Shown here piece by piece: positions 21,671 through 34,203 of a stretch of 64,000 nucleotides of DNA (positions are counted from its first letter, which is position 1; the number at the start of each line of letters is the position of its first letter). This DNA is from Arenicellales bacterium (GTDB lineage: Bacteria; Pseudomonadota; Gammaproteobacteria; Arenicellales; JAANXG01). Both the position numbers and the translations under genes were made by a program. Location of the stretch: the NCBI GenBank assembly GCA_030066885.1, contig JASJAT010000044.1, positions 4,138 through 68,137 of the forward strand, given 5' to 3'. The notes beneath the pieces were generated by a model. That model was not told the DNA's origin. It searched no databases and was given only the letters and a program-made list of their open reading frames with translations.

Positions 21671-23545
21671 CTACGCAGCGGTCTTTTTCAGATGCACCAA
21701 TAACAGAGAAATGGCTGCCGGTGTGACACCCGATATGCGGGAAGCTTGGCCTATAGTGGTCGGTCGGTATTGGGTTAATTTCTGTTTGATCTCAGAGGAA
21801 AGTCCGTGCACGTTGGTGTAGTCGAAATCCACGGGCAGCGTTGTCTCTTCATGGCGGCGCCGGCGCGAGATTTCCGTCTGCTGCCGTTCGATATACCCTG
21901 AATACTTGGCCTGGATTTCCAGTTGCTCTGCAACTTTTGTATCAGTAGAACCAGGCCCAATGCCGGGTAAGCTCATCAGCTGTCCATAACTGACTTCGGG
22001 GCGACGTAACAGCGCCATTATGTTCGACTCCTTGGTTAAACTTTGGCCCAAAACATTCTTTTCGACTTCAGCATCGAGCTGACCCGGTTGTAACCATGTG
22101 GACTCAAGTCTGGCTACTTCTTTTATGATAGCTTCCCGCTTTTCGCTAAAGTGGCGCCAGCGCAAGTCGTCCACCAAGCCCAGATCCCGACCGATTTCCG
22201 TCAATCGCAGGTCGGCGTTATCCTCACGTAACAACAAGCGGTATTCAGCCCTCGAGGTGAACATACGGTAAGGCTCGTTCGTGCCCGAGGTAATCAAATC
22301 ATCGATTAACACACCGATATAGGCCTGGTCTCGTCGTGGCCACCACCGGTCTTTTTGTTGTATTTTCAGAGCAGCATTGATACCGGCGACCAGCCCTTGT
22401 CCGGCAGCTTCTTCATAGCCAGTAGTGCCGTTGATCTGGCCTGCGAAAAACAAACCTTCCAAAAACTTGGTCTCAAGTTCCGGTTTCAGGTCGCGTGGAT
22501 CAAAGTAATCGTACTCAATGGCATATCCAGGTCGAATTAATTCGGCTTGTTCAAACCCCTGTATTGACCGCACCAGCTGCCACTGCACGTCAAAGGGCAA
22601 GCTGGTTGAGATACCGTTCGGATAGACCTCTTTGGTATGTAAACCTTCCGGTTCCACGAAGATTTGGTGTGATTCTTTTTCTTTGAAACGGACTATCTTG
22701 TCCTCGATGGATGGGCAGTAACGCGGACCCACGCCCTCGATTACACCCGAATAGAGTGGTGAGCGATCAAGTGCCCCTCGGATTATGTCGTGGGTCCGTG
22801 CGTTAGTCTGAGTTATGTAACATGGGACCTGCTCTGGATGTTCATCGGCAGAGCCCAAAAAGGAAAACACCGGGGGCGGCATATCACCCGGTTGTCGCAC
22901 CATCTGGGCCGTGTCAATTGTTCGGCCGTCGAGGCGGGGCGGCGTCCCTGTCTTCAAGCGCTCAACGCGAAACGGCATTTCCCTTAGACGATCCGCCAAT
23001 CTGTTTGCCGGGGGATCACCCATACGCCCGCCGGGGTGATTGGCCAGTCCGACATGGATTTTCCCGCCTAGAAAAGTTCCCACGGTCAATACGATTGCGG
23101 GTGCTGTAAATTTGAGACCTAACTCCGTGACCACGCCATCGACCCTATTTTGAATAACAACGAGGTCCTCAACGGATTGTTGAAACAGGGTCAGGTTAGG
23201 TTGTGCCTCCAACATTTGTCGTATGTTTAACTTGTAGAGGCTGCGATCCGCCTGTGCCCGGGTAGCCCGCACGGCAGGCCCTTTGCGTGAATTCAAAATA
23301 CGGAATTGGATCCCCGCCCGATCGATAGCTTGCGCCATGGCGCCGCCGAGCGCGTCGATTTCCTTAACGATGTGTCCTTTTCCTATGCCACCTATCGCGG
23401 GGTTGCAAGACATCTGTCCGAGTGTTTCCAAGTTCTGGGTCAGCAACAAGGTTTTACAACCCATGCGCGCCGCCGCCAACGCAGCCTCAGTGCCCGCGTG
23501 TCCCCCGCCTACGACAATGACCTCAAACTGTTGCGGAAATTGCAT
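21671..23545 (-). CDS. mnmG: tRNA uridine 5-carboxymethylaminomethyl modification enzyme MnmG (GidA)
   Basis: 624 aa with the FAD motif [14 protein letters not shown] and [11 protein letters not shown]. Confidence 0.98.
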   Translation of the reverse strand: MQFPQQFEVIVVGGGHAGTEAALAAARMGCKTLLLTQNLETLGQMSCNPAIGGIGKGHIVKEIDALGGAMAQAIDRAGIQFRILNSRKGPAVRATRAQADRSLYKLNIRQMLEAQPNLTLFQQSVEDLVVIQNRVDGVVTELGLKFTAPAIVLTVGTFLGGKIHVGLANHPGGRMGDPPANRLADRLREMPFRVERLKTGTPPRLDGRTIDTAQMVRQPGDMPPPVFSFLGSADEHPEQVPCYITQTNARTHDIIRGALDRSPLYSGVIEGVGPRYCPSIEDKIVRFKEKESHQIFVEPEGLHTKEVYPNGISTSLPFDVQWQLVRSIQGFEQAELIRPGYAIEYDYFDPRDLKPELETKFLEGLFFAGQINGTTGYEEAAGQGLVAGINAALKIQQKDRWWPRRDQAYIGVLIDDLITSGTNEPYRMFTSRAEYRLLLREDNADLRLTEIGRDLGLVDDLRWRHFSEKREAIIKEVARLESTWLQPGQLDAEVEKNVLGQSLTKESNIMALLRRPEVSYGQLMSLPGIGPGSTDTKVAEQLEIQAKYSGYIERQQTEISRRRRHEETTLPVDFDYTNVHGLSSEIKQKLTQYRPTTIGQASRISGVTPAAISLLLVHLKKTAA

Positions 23546-23722
23546 GCCTTTTGTTCCCGTTTGTTGAAAAAGGATTCTAATGTGGATAGTCGAAAGAATG
23601 AAAGTTTAAAGAACCAATAGGTTGCTTTACTTTTTCCTCTCAACTTTTCACTTCTACTTCTCGCATCGTCACTTTTAGTATTCTTTGGAGTAGAGCGAAA
23701 GCTCAATAGCAGATTTACAGTT

Positions 23723-25063
23723 TTATTTCCCGATACAAAAGCTCGAAAAGATTCGGCCCAGTAGCTGATCACTGCTGAATTCACCGGTAATCTCAGCAAA
23801 GTGTCGCTGCGCCAGCCTTAGTTCTTCTGCCAGCAGTTCACCGGCATTGGCCTCGACCAACTGCTGCCGACCCACGACTATGTGCTGCAATGCTTCACGG
23901 ATAGCATTTAGATGCCTGTTTCGAGCAATGAAGGTGGAACCATCCGTATCTCGATACCCGGCGGTTCGTTTCAGATGTTGTCTCAGCTCATTCAGCCCGT
24001 GCCCATACTTGGCTGAGATGGCCAGTGCATCAAATTGCCCGAATGAAAAACTGCCGCTATTCCGGCCAGTCAGATCAATCTTGTTAAACACGTAGGTACA
24101 AGGGACCTGCTTTGTCGGAACGAAGACGTCTTTGTCCGCCTTTGATTCACAGTCATCGACAATGAAAAGAATGTGGTCCGCATTTTCGAGAGCAGCGTGC
24201 GTCCTGCGCACACCCTCACTCTCAACAGCATCACTTGCGTCGCGCAGACCCGCGGTATCTACCAAGTACACCGGCATACCATCGAGCTGAATCTGCAATT
24301 CTATTGTGTCCCTTGTTGTACCGGGGGCCGCATTGACTATAGCTCGGTCATGCCGGGCCAATGCGTTGAGCAAGCTTGACTTGCCCGCGTTAGGTCGGCC
24401 GGCCAGGACGACGTGCAAACCCTCCCGCAATAGACACCCCTGTTTAGTGGAAGACATCAAGTCATTTGTCCTTTCGATAATTTTATCTAGGTCTCGCACG
24501 ACGCGCGCGTCACTTAAAAAATCGATTTCCTCTTCGGGGAAATCAATCGCTGCTTCAACATAGGTACGTAGATCAATCAGTTCTTCCACCAGCCCGTGGA
24601 CAGCCTGTGAAAATAAACCCTGCAGGGACCTCTGCGCCGATCGAACCGCCTGCTCCGTGCTACTGTCTATCAGATCGGCTACCGCTTCGGCTTGGGCCAA
24701 ATCTAACTTACCGTTGTGGAAAGCCCGCTCGGTAAACTCCCCTGGATTGGCGAGCCGTGCACCGCAGGTGAGACACCTGTTGAGCAACATGTTCATGACG
24801 ATTGGGCCGCCATGTCCGTGCAGCTCTAGTATGTCTTCGCCAGTAAAAGAGTGCGGTGACGGAAAGTAAATAGCAATCCCCGAATCGAGTATTTGGCCGT
24901 CCTGGTCCTTAAAATGGGTATAGGTTGCGTAGCGTGGTTGGGGTAGTACCCCAACAACCTGTTTCGCAACACCCGGGACTGCGGGCCCCGACACCTTGAC
25001 AACCCCAATGCCGCCGCGTCCGGCAGGAGTAGCGATGGCCGCGATGGTATCCCTTTCGGACAT
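23723..25063 (-). CDS. mnmE: tRNA modification GTPase MnmE (TrmE)
   Basis: 446 aa with G1 GRPNAGKSSLLNAL, DTAG and the C-terminal CIGK. Confidence 0.98.
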   Translation of the reverse strand: MSERDTIAAIATPAGRGGIGVVKVSGPAVPGVAKQVVGVLPQPRYATYTHFKDQDGQILDSGIAIYFPSPHSFTGEDILELHGHGGPIVMNMLLNRCLTCGARLANPGEFTERAFHNGKLDLAQAEAVADLIDSSTEQAVRSAQRSLQGLFSQAVHGLVEELIDLRTYVEAAIDFPEEEIDFLSDARVVRDLDKIIERTNDLMSSTKQGCLLREGLHVVLAGRPNAGKSSLLNALARHDRAIVNAAPGTTRDTIELQIQLDGMPVYLVDTAGLRDASDAVESEGVRRTHAALENADHILFIVDDCESKADKDVFVPTKQVPCTYVFNKIDLTGRNSGSFSFGQFDALAISAKYGHGLNELRQHLKRTAGYRDTDGSTFIARNRHLNAIREALQHIVVGRQQLVEANAGELLAEELRLAQRHFAEITGEFSSDQLLGRIFSSFCIGK

Positions 25064-25268
25064 TGGTGGTCGCGCTGTCGTGTGGCTCCTAGCCTGTAGA
25101 TTGCATCAGGACCCCGGATGATGATCAGCCAGGGCCGGGGTAGACCAACCATGGGACAAACTGTATTCGTCGTAAGATCCGTCGACTAGAGTATTTTCAA
25201 TCATCAATCATGAATCATGGGCGTACATGCAACAATACGGTCGCCTTGGTGCAATCTGCGAGCTAGTC

Positions 25269-26945
25269 CTAAGCGCCGCCAATGACGACTTTGTTGACGT
25301 ACCACTGCTGTGCTATAGACAGCACGTTGTTGACTAACCAGTACAGTACCAATCCGGCTGGGAAATAAAGGAATAAAAAGGTGAAAACGATCGGCATCGC
25401 CATCATGATCTTCTTTTGCATAGGATCGAGGGGTGATGGATTCAGTAACTGCTGCCCCAGCATGGTTGCCCCCATGAGCAGCGGTAGCACGAAGTAGGGA
25501 TCTTTAATGGACAAGTCCTGGATCCACCATCCAAAGGGGGCTTGCCTCAGCTCAACGCTTTCCAGCAGGACCCAATACAACGCTATGAATACCGGTATTT
25601 GGATCACGATGGGTAAACAACCCCCCAGGGGATTTACTTTTTCCTTTTTATAAATTTCCATCATTGCTTGATTGAGCTTGGCCTTGTCGTCACCGTGCCG
25701 CTCTTTAAGAGTTTGTAGTCGAGGTTGCAATTTTTTCATTTTCGCCATGGATTTATAGCTGGTGGCGGACAGCGGATAAAAGGCCAACTTGATCAGGAAC
25801 GTAAGCAGCACAATGGACCAACCCCAATTGTGGACAAATCCGTTTATTTGGTTTAACACCCAAAACAACGGTACCGATACGGGTGTCAACCACCCATAGT
25901 CGACAGTCAGGGCAAATCCTTCGGCTTCTTGTTTGAGCCGCTCCTGCTCTTTAGGTCCAGCAAACAAGCCCACATCCAATTTCCCTATTGCACCAGCGGC
26001 AACCACCTGTGGGCGGAGCGTATTAAATCCGATGTTGTATCTAGGTCCACCTACATCATTAATCACCCGACTATAAAATTGAAAGGGACCTTGCCCTTGT
26101 GGAAACCATGCGCCGACAAAATAATGTTGCAGCATCGCCACCCAGCCCTCGGCCACTTTGCGATCCAAGTCGGCATCGACCATATCTGCAAAATCGATCT
26201 TCTCGAATTTTTCCTCGGGGGTATAAATGGCGCCACCTAAGTAGGCCGGTACCACATCCAGAAAAAACCCCCTACTCTGTGCCACCTGGGTGCGGAGAAA
26301 CTGCGCATATAGAAACCCGCTCCATTCCACCGCAGATTGATTATCGATCTCGAATTCGACACGTATGTTGTAACTGTCTCTCGTGAAAATGGTCTTTTTG
26401 ACATAGCGTACGCCATCTGGCGCCTCCCAGTAGAGCGGTACGACCAGTTCCTGATCGCCGGGTCTCAGCTTGTACTGTGTTTCTTCCGCCCTGTATTGAG
26501 TCCGGTGGTTGGGATATTCGGATGTGTTCCCAATCAATCCCGCTTGGGTAATGAATATATCAGCGTCCTCATACTTCATGAGTTCGAAAGGGACCTCGGG
26601 TTCGTCTACGCTGACCGGGTACTTCACCAGCGCTAGGCTTTTTATACTGCCACCAATAGTGTCGATCTCCGCACGAATAAGATCTGTTTCAACGACTATG
26701 AGTGGACTTACGGTACCTGCTGACTCGACTTGTTGCGGTGGCGCCTGAGGGCTGGCTGGAACTTCAACTGTCGGTGTGCTGGGTATATCCGCGGGGGGTG
26801 GTTGGGTACCTTGGGTTGGCGCTTCAACGGGCGTTTGTTGCGCGGGCGTAGGACGGCTCGGTGCTTGTTCCTCTAGCCACCGTTGATATATGAGCAATAA
26901 TATAAACGCTAATGCGAATAGTAAGATGACTCTTTGTATTTCCAT
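25269..26945 (-). CDS. yidC: membrane protein insertase YidC
   Basis: The track ORF starts at TTG 26951. ATG 26945 gives MEIQRVILLFALAFILLLIYQRW, a typical YidC N-terminal TM segment, and the conserved C-terminal five-TM core is present (GCLPIVIQIPVFIALY). Confidence 0.96.
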   Translation of the reverse strand: MEIQRVILLFALAFILLLIYQRWLEEQAPSRPTPAQQTPVEAPTQGTQPPPADIPSTPTVEVPASPQAPPQQVESAGTVSPLIVVETDLIRAEIDTIGGSIKSLALVKYPVSVDEPEVPFELMKYEDADIFITQAGLIGNTSEYPNHRTQYRAEETQYKLRPGDQELVVPLYWEAPDGVRYVKKTIFTRDSYNIRVEFEIDNQSAVEWSGFLYAQFLRTQVAQSRGFFLDVVPAYLGGAIYTPEEKFEKIDFADMVDADLDRKVAEGWVAMLQHYFVGAWFPQGQGPFQFYSRVINDVGGPRYNIGFNTLRPQVVAAGAIGKLDVGLFAGPKEQERLKQEAEGFALTVDYGWLTPVSVPLFWVLNQINGFVHNWGWSIVLLTFLIKLAFYPLSATSYKSMAKMKKLQPRLQTLKERHGDDKAKLNQAMMEIYKKEKVNPLGGCLPIVIQIPVFIALYWVLLESVELRQAPFGWWIQDLSIKDPYFVLPLLMGATMLGQQLLNPSPLDPMQKKIMMAMPIVFTFLFLYFPAGLVLYWLVNNVLSIAQQWYVNKVVIGGA

Positions 26946-26947
26946 CG

Positions 26948-27334
26948 TCAATCTGCTTCCGTCTCAAACCCGTGTCTATCGTAATTTTCGATGACTTGTA
27001 ACCAGATACGATTTAAGTCAGAGCGAACTCGTTGCTCATCCTTTATTAATTTGCGCAACACGACAATAACATCTATTCCTATTAGCATTTCCTGGTTCAA
27101 CCGAAAAGACTCCCGGACCAATCGTTTGATACGATTTCGCTGTACGGCCGTTTTAATTAGGCGTTTAGGTATTGCTATCCCTAGCCGCGCAGTTGTACCA
27201 CCATTACTCTGTGCAAACCATTTAAAAGTACCTGCGTAACCTTCGTGACCGGAGGTGAAAACCCTTTTAAAGGCTGCTGTTTCTTGCAGGCGATTTTTTT
27301 TCGTAAAACGGTTGCGTTGCGAAGTAGAATACAG
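26948..27334 (-). CDS. rnpA: RNase P protein component; start codon unresolved
   Basis: My translation reads ...RFTKKNRLQETAAFKRVFTSG...ARLGIAIPKRLIKTAVQRNRIKRLVRESFRL...ending at TGA 26950-26948. This includes the RNR motif. There is no in-frame ATG, GTG or TTG between the in-frame TAA inside rpmH and the conserved F-x-K-x-x-RL. CTG 27334 is listed as a provisional start. Confidence 0.85.
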   Translation of the reverse strand: MYSTSQRNRFTKKNRLQETAAFKRVFTSGHEGYAGTFKWFAQSNGGTTARLGIAIPKRLIKTAVQRNRIKRLVRESFRLNQEMLIGIDVIVVLRKLIKDEQRVRSDLNRIWLQVIENYDRHGFETEAD

Positions 27335-27341
27335 AACAAAC

Positions 27342-27476
27342 CTACGCGCTTAGTCGCGAGCGTCCTCGCGCCCTACGGGCGTTAATGATAGCGCGGCCAC
27401 CACGGGTTCTCATACGTGCACGGAACCCATGAGTGCGTTTACGTTTGATCTCACTAGGCTGGAATGTGCGTTTCAT
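27342..27476 (-). CDS. rpmH: 50S ribosomal protein L34
   Basis: Below the apparent 60-aa floor of the ORF track. My translation is [44 protein letters not shown], 44 aa. Confidence 0.97.
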   Translation of the reverse strand: MKRTFQPSEIKRKRTHGFRARMRTRGGRAIINARRARGRSRLSA

Positions 27477-27620
27477 AATAATGTATAACTCCAGAGAACG
27501 TTAGACCGGACTCAGCCCTTCGAGGCTGGTAAAAAAAGGCGTGCAAAGTTAATGCGTTTACTACAGTGTGTCAACTTAGACAGCGCTGAAACACCAAAAT
27601 ACATGGCGGAGAGCTTTTAA

Positions 27621-28937
27621 GTGACGAAAGCAACGATATGGCACCAATGTTTAGGCCGCTTGGAGGACGAATTACCCGAGCAGCAATTCAATACCTGGAT
27701 TAGACCCCTACAGGCTAGAGATAACGGACAAGAGCTGATTTTACTAGCACCAAACCGCTTTGTGTTGGATTGGGTAAAGCAACAGTATTATGAACGTATA
27801 GAAGAACTGGCAAATCATGCTGCCGGCGACAGCATCAAGGTATCTATGGAGATCGGTAGTTCGGAGAAATCCAGTACAGCAATTGTAGAGCCAGAACTTG
27901 AACGAAGCCCTTATGCGTCCGGTCACCTTAATCCGACCTTCACTTTCAGAAGCCACGTAGAAGGGAAGTCTAACCAATTAGCACGTGCAGCGGCGATTCA
28001 GGTCGGGGAAAATCCCGGTCAGGCTTACAACCCCTTATTCATTTATGGAGGTGTTGGTCTTGGCAAAACCCACTTGATGCAAGCGGCGGGAAATTTAATT
28101 TTAAGTAACGACCCAAAAGCCCAAATCGCTTACGTCCATTCTGAGCGTTTTGTAGCTGATATGGTTAAGGCACTTCGTCACAATGCCATTAACGACTTTA
28201 AACGACACTACCGCTCTCTTGACGCATTGCTTATCGATGACATCCAATTCTTCGCTGGCAAAAGTCATTCCCAAGAGGAATTCTTCCACACTTTCAATAC
28301 CTTGCTAGAGGGTCAGCGTCAAGTTGTCATTACCAGTGATCGTTACCCTAAAGAGATAACGGGTGTCCAAGAAAGGTTAATTTCACGCTTCGGCAGCGGC
28401 CTCACAGTTCCCATCGAGCCACCAGAATTGGAGACACGGGTTGCTATCCTACGTGAAAAAGGTAAAGCCAAAGGGCTTGATTTAGCCGATGACATTGCTT
28501 TCTTTATCGCCCGCCAAATTCGCTCCAATGTCAGGGAGCTTGAAGGAGCTCTACACCGGCTTATCGCCAGCGCTCGTTTTACGGGTAAGCCGCTAAATAT
28601 CGATCTAGCCAGGGACGCCTTGAGGGATATGTTGGTTTTCCAGGAGCGCAAGGTCACGATGAATAACATCCAAAAGACTGTCGCTGAGTACTACAACATA
28701 CGTGTTGCCGACTTACATTCAAAACGAAGGAACAGACATATCGCCCGCCCCCGGCAAATTGCCATGGCACTTGCAAAAGAGCTAACGACCTTAAGCTTGC
28801 CGGACATAGGCGATGCCTTCGGCGGCCGCGATCATACAACAGTGATCCACGCCTGCCGAAAGGTAGAAGACCTGTTAAAAAACGATCCTAAAACCAAGGA
28901 GGATTATGAAAATCTACAAAACCTATTGATCAGTTAA
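27621..28937 (+). CDS. dnaA: chromosomal replication initiator DnaA
   Basis: 438 aa with a GTG start, Walker [11 protein letters not shown], the IDDIQF box and the domain IV segment [12 protein letters not shown]. Confidence 0.98.
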   Translation: MTKATIWHQCLGRLEDELPEQQFNTWIRPLQARDNGQELILLAPNRFVLDWVKQQYYERIEELANHAAGDSIKVSMEIGSSEKSSTAIVEPELERSPYASGHLNPTFTFRSHVEGKSNQLARAAAIQVGENPGQAYNPLFIYGGVGLGKTHLMQAAGNLILSNDPKAQIAYVHSERFVADMVKALRHNAINDFKRHYRSLDALLIDDIQFFAGKSHSQEEFFHTFNTLLEGQRQVVITSDRYPKEITGVQERLISRFGSGLTVPIEPPELETRVAILREKGKAKGLDLADDIAFFIARQIRSNVRELEGALHRLIASARFTGKPLNIDLARDALRDMLVFQERKVTMNNIQKTVAEYYNIRVADLHSKRRNRHIARPRQIAMALAKELTTLSLPDIGDAFGGRDHTTVIHACRKVEDLLKNDPKTKEDYENLQNLLIS

Positions 28938-28955
28938 ACTTGTTTGGGGATTGGC

Positions 28956-28964
28956 TGTGGATAA
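28956..28964 (-). promoter_or_regulatory. perfect DnaA box (TGTGGATAA = reverse complement of TTATCCACA)
   Basis: Exact 9/9 match read in the dnaA-dnaN spacer. A weaker ATTTCCACA sits at 29013-29021. Confidence 0.6.
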
Positions 28965-29136
28965 CTGAATATAAGATAATACATTGTTACAGCAGCCGGT
29001 TTGGAACCGATCATTTCCACATAATCTTAACACAGTAACACACAGTGGTTTTCATGTGTAAATAATTGTTTTTAATGATAAATTTTAAGTTACGCACAAC
29101 TTGATATCGCTTAACATAAACACCAAATTAATAAAC

Positions 29137-30237
29137 ATGAAAGTTAAAATAGAAAGAGATCGACTTTTACGGCCACTTGCTCATGTTGCTGGTGTAGTAG
29201 AGAAAAGGCAAACCTTACCTATATTAGGTAATGTATATCTTGAGCAAAAACAGGATGCACTGACTCTAGTTGGAACGGATTTGGAAACTGAGGTTTTAAC
29301 CCGGATTGATAACGTAGATGGAGAAAATGGCGAGTGTACGGTTACAGCACGTAAATTCTATGATATCTGCAGGATGCTACCCGAAGATGCATTGATAAAC
29401 ATTGTTAATGAGGGGGATCGTACTATCATTACCTCCGGTCGAAGTCGATTCAGTTTGCAGTCGCTCCCAGCAAATGACTTCCCTCGCTTGGAAGCTGAGC
29501 AATGGGAAGAGAGTATTGAAATCAAGCAACAGGAACTTAAAAGCTTGCTAGAGAGAACAGCTTTTTCGATGGCTCAGCAAGACGTGCGTTATTACCTAAA
29601 CGGAAGTTTGCTGGAGGTAAGTAACGATATGCTAAGGGTAGTAGCGACGGACGGGCATAGACTGGCAAAAAGCGAGATTTCGATGCCGGTTGATGTGAGT
29701 AGTCCTAAGTTAGCCATTATTCCAAGGAAGGCAGTCATGGAGATGTTGAGGTTTTTAGAAGATGGAGAAGAAACGGTGCGCTTGGATATAAACCCGAATC
29801 ACGTGCGCGTCACTGGGGATGCCTGGGTGTTTGTAGCGAAGTTGATAGATGGTCGTTTTCCGGATTATGAGAAGGTTATTCCTCCCTCATTGAGTACACA
29901 CCTAGAAATAGACCGGGACCAGTTCTACGATATCTTGGCAAGAACAGCCATCTTAACGAATGAAAAGTTTCGTGGGATACGGCTCGTGTTGAAACCTGGC
30001 ACCATGATGGTTATGGCGAATAACCCAGAGCAGGAGGAGGCTGTCGATGAAATGCCGGTTGACTTTGATGGCCAAGAGGTGGAGATAGGTTTTAATGTAG
30101 GTTACTTGATGGAGGCGTTGCGAGCACTGGGTAGTGATAAAGTGGACCTTGGTCTACAGGATCCCAATAGTAGTTGCACCATTAACACTCCACAGGATCG
30201 ATCTACACTATATCTAGTGATGCCGATGCGGATCTGA
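29137..30237 (+). CDS. dnaN: DNA polymerase III beta sliding clamp
   Basis: The track ORF starts at TTG 29101. ATG 29137 gives MKVKIERDRLLRPLAHVAGVVEKRQTLPILGNVYLE, the canonical DnaN N-terminus. The protein ends LVMPMRI. Confidence 0.97.
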   Translation: MKVKIERDRLLRPLAHVAGVVEKRQTLPILGNVYLEQKQDALTLVGTDLETEVLTRIDNVDGENGECTVTARKFYDICRMLPEDALINIVNEGDRTIITSGRSRFSLQSLPANDFPRLEAEQWEESIEIKQQELKSLLERTAFSMAQQDVRYYLNGSLLEVSNDMLRVVATDGHRLAKSEISMPVDVSSPKLAIIPRKAVMEMLRFLEDGEETVRLDINPNHVRVTGDAWVFVAKLIDGRFPDYEKVIPPSLSTHLEIDRDQFYDILARTAILTNEKFRGIRLVLKPGTMMVMANNPEQEEAVDEMPVDFDGQEVEIGFNVGYLMEALRALGSDKVDLGLQDPNSSCTINTPQDRSTLYLVMPMRI

Positions 30238-30242
30238 CGTTG

Positions 30243-30258
30243 TGTTTCATGTGAAACT
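30243..30258. promoter_or_regulatory. parS site (TGTTTCATGTGAAACT)
   Basis: 14/16 match to the canonical parS TGTTNCACGTGAAACA. Confidence 0.75.
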
Positions 30259-30271
30259 AGGGCGATCTTCC

Positions 30272-30287
30272 AGTTTCACGTGAAACG
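30272..30287. promoter_or_regulatory. parS site (AGTTTCACGTGAAACG)
   Basis: Perfect 14-bp palindrome GTTTCACGTGAAAC, 14/16 to the parS consensus, and 29 bp from the first site. Confidence 0.8.
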
Positions 30288-30369
30288 CGGCATTGTGCTT
30301 ATATCGAGGCAAAGGATAGCGGTTTCGGACGATGTGCCAAATAGAATTGTAGTTACCCATTGCCCCTAG

Positions 30370-32799
<2,430 letters not shown>

Positions 32800-32986
32800 G
32801 AAAAAAACAGGGGCAAGTGACTGGTATCGAGTGCGAGATCCGTTAGTTGTCTTTACTAGCTGCTAGATACTTGCCACTCGCTACTGCTATGTTAGGAGCG
32901 GCACCCTCGCCGCGATGCCAGTAGATTCCCTACAACAGTTAGTTAAGCTAGCGGACACGCTATTCGCAACACGCTCTAAACTCAGG

Positions 32987-33370
32987 CTAATGTAAAGTTT
33001 GGGGTGTGGACAGGGTAAACACGGGGATCTCCGCTTCAAACTCCGTGCCATCATCCGCACGCATTTGGTAACTCCCACCCATTGTTCCAACCGGTGTACC
33101 AATCACCGTACCACTGGTGTATTTAAACGTCCCTCCAGGAGGTAAATAGGGCTGTTCTCCGACAACGCCCTCACCCTGTACTTCCTGCACTTTCTCGTTT
33201 GCGTCGGTTATGATCCAGTGACGTGTTAACAGGCGCGCTGGTATTGTTCCCACATTATGTATGGTTATGGTATAGGCGAAGACGTATCTATCTGTTCCGG
33301 GGTCAGACTGGGTTTCCACATAGGTGGTCTTAACGTCGACATCAATTCTATATTTTTCGCTTTGCGACAT
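32987..33370 (-). CDS. apaG: ApaG (DUF525) protein
   Basis: 127 aa with YVFAYTITIHNVG...RHWIITDANEKVQEVQGEGVVGEQP. Confidence 0.93.
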   Translation of the reverse strand: MSQSEKYRIDVDVKTTYVETQSDPGTDRYVFAYTITIHNVGTIPARLLTRHWIITDANEKVQEVQGEGVVGEQPYLPPGGTFKYTSGTVIGTPVGTMGGSYQMRADDGTEFEAEIPVFTLSTPQTLH

Positions 33371-33393
33371 AGTCTTTCTACCTAAATAAATTC

Positions 33394-34203
33394 TTAACCA
33401 ATACAGGGGACTTGAACAAAATGAGCGGGTTTATTGTCCACATCTATTGCAGACAGATAGCCACCGTGGACACAACCGCTGTCTAGAGAGACAAAACGGC
33501 CGTGTACTCGCGCCCCGAGCGAGGACCAGTGTCCAAAAAGGATCCGTAGATCCTCAGTTTGGCGCAGGCTAAACCAAGGAAAGAGCAAGTCCGGCTGTGT
33601 CCCAAGCGGTCCAACCTGTGCAAAATCCATATCCCCCGACCGGTAACAATAGCGTATCCGAGTAAAAGCATTGATGATAAAGCGAGATTTATCGTCACCA
33701 ACAGTCTTATCCGACAATGAAGCGGGTTCATCACCATACATTCGAGCCAGTAGCGCCGGATAAGTTTCGTCGTTCCTGATCAACAATTCGATCTCTCGCG
33801 CATGGTCAAGCGCTTCGGTGAGACTCCAGCGAGGGTGCAGCCCTGCATGTACTAATAAGGTCTTACGCTCGCTGTCAAAATGAGCGATAGGTCGGTTCCT
33901 GAGCCAGGACAACAATTCTTCGCGGTCATCAGCGGCTAAGATATCGCTGAAAGAGTCCGTATGCTTCGGTGCCCTGAAACCTTCCGCTACTGCCAATAAA
34001 TGCAGGTCGTGGTTGCCAAGGACAATTCGAGTGTGCGGTAAATCCTTAACAAATCGAACAACGTCTGCTGACGCCGGCCCCCGATTGACCAAATCGCCTG
34101 TAAGCCAAAGTTCATCACTACCCGCATCAAAACTCAGCTTATCAAGTAACCGACGCAAAGACGCGTAGCATCCTTGTACGTCGCCAATGGCGTAAACAGA
34201 CAT
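33394..34203 (-). CDS. apaH: symmetrical bis(5'-nucleosyl)-tetraphosphatase
   Basis: 269 aa with metallophosphatase motifs GDVQGC, GDLVNRG and GNHD. Confidence 0.94.
   Translation of the reverse strand: MSVYAIGDVQGCYASLRRLLDKLSFDAGSDELWLTGDLVNRGPASADVVRFVKDLPHTRIVLGNHDLHLLAVAEGFRAPKHTDSFSDILAADDREELLSWLRNRPIAHFDSERKTLLVHAGLHPRWSLTEALDHAREIELLIRNDETYPALLARMYGDEPASLSDKTVGDDKSRFIINAFTRIRYCYRSGDMDFAQVGPLGTQPDLLFPWFSLRQTEDLRILFGHWSSLGARVHGRFVSLDSGCVHGGYLSAIDVDNKPAHFVQVPCIG

Noticed and set aside
25198-25218. Tandem heptamers CAATCAT CAATCAT GAATCAT in the yidC-mnmE spacer.
   Set aside because: There are only three short AT-rich units and no second copy or partner motif. This is within what slippage or chance produces, and no function can be argued.
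27294-27301. A8 homopolymer as a frameshift site that would give rnpA a TTG start.
   Set aside because: The A9 alternative joins a TTG-initiated frame but replaces the conserved F-T-K-K-N-R-L N-terminal motif with L-R-K-K-N-R-L. The present frame fits RnpA better.
27477-27620. The rpmH-dnaA spacer as oriC, the pseudomonad-type location.
   Set aside because: It is only 144 bp, and I could not find any 9-mer within two mismatches of TTATCCACA or a distinct AT-rich unwinding tract.
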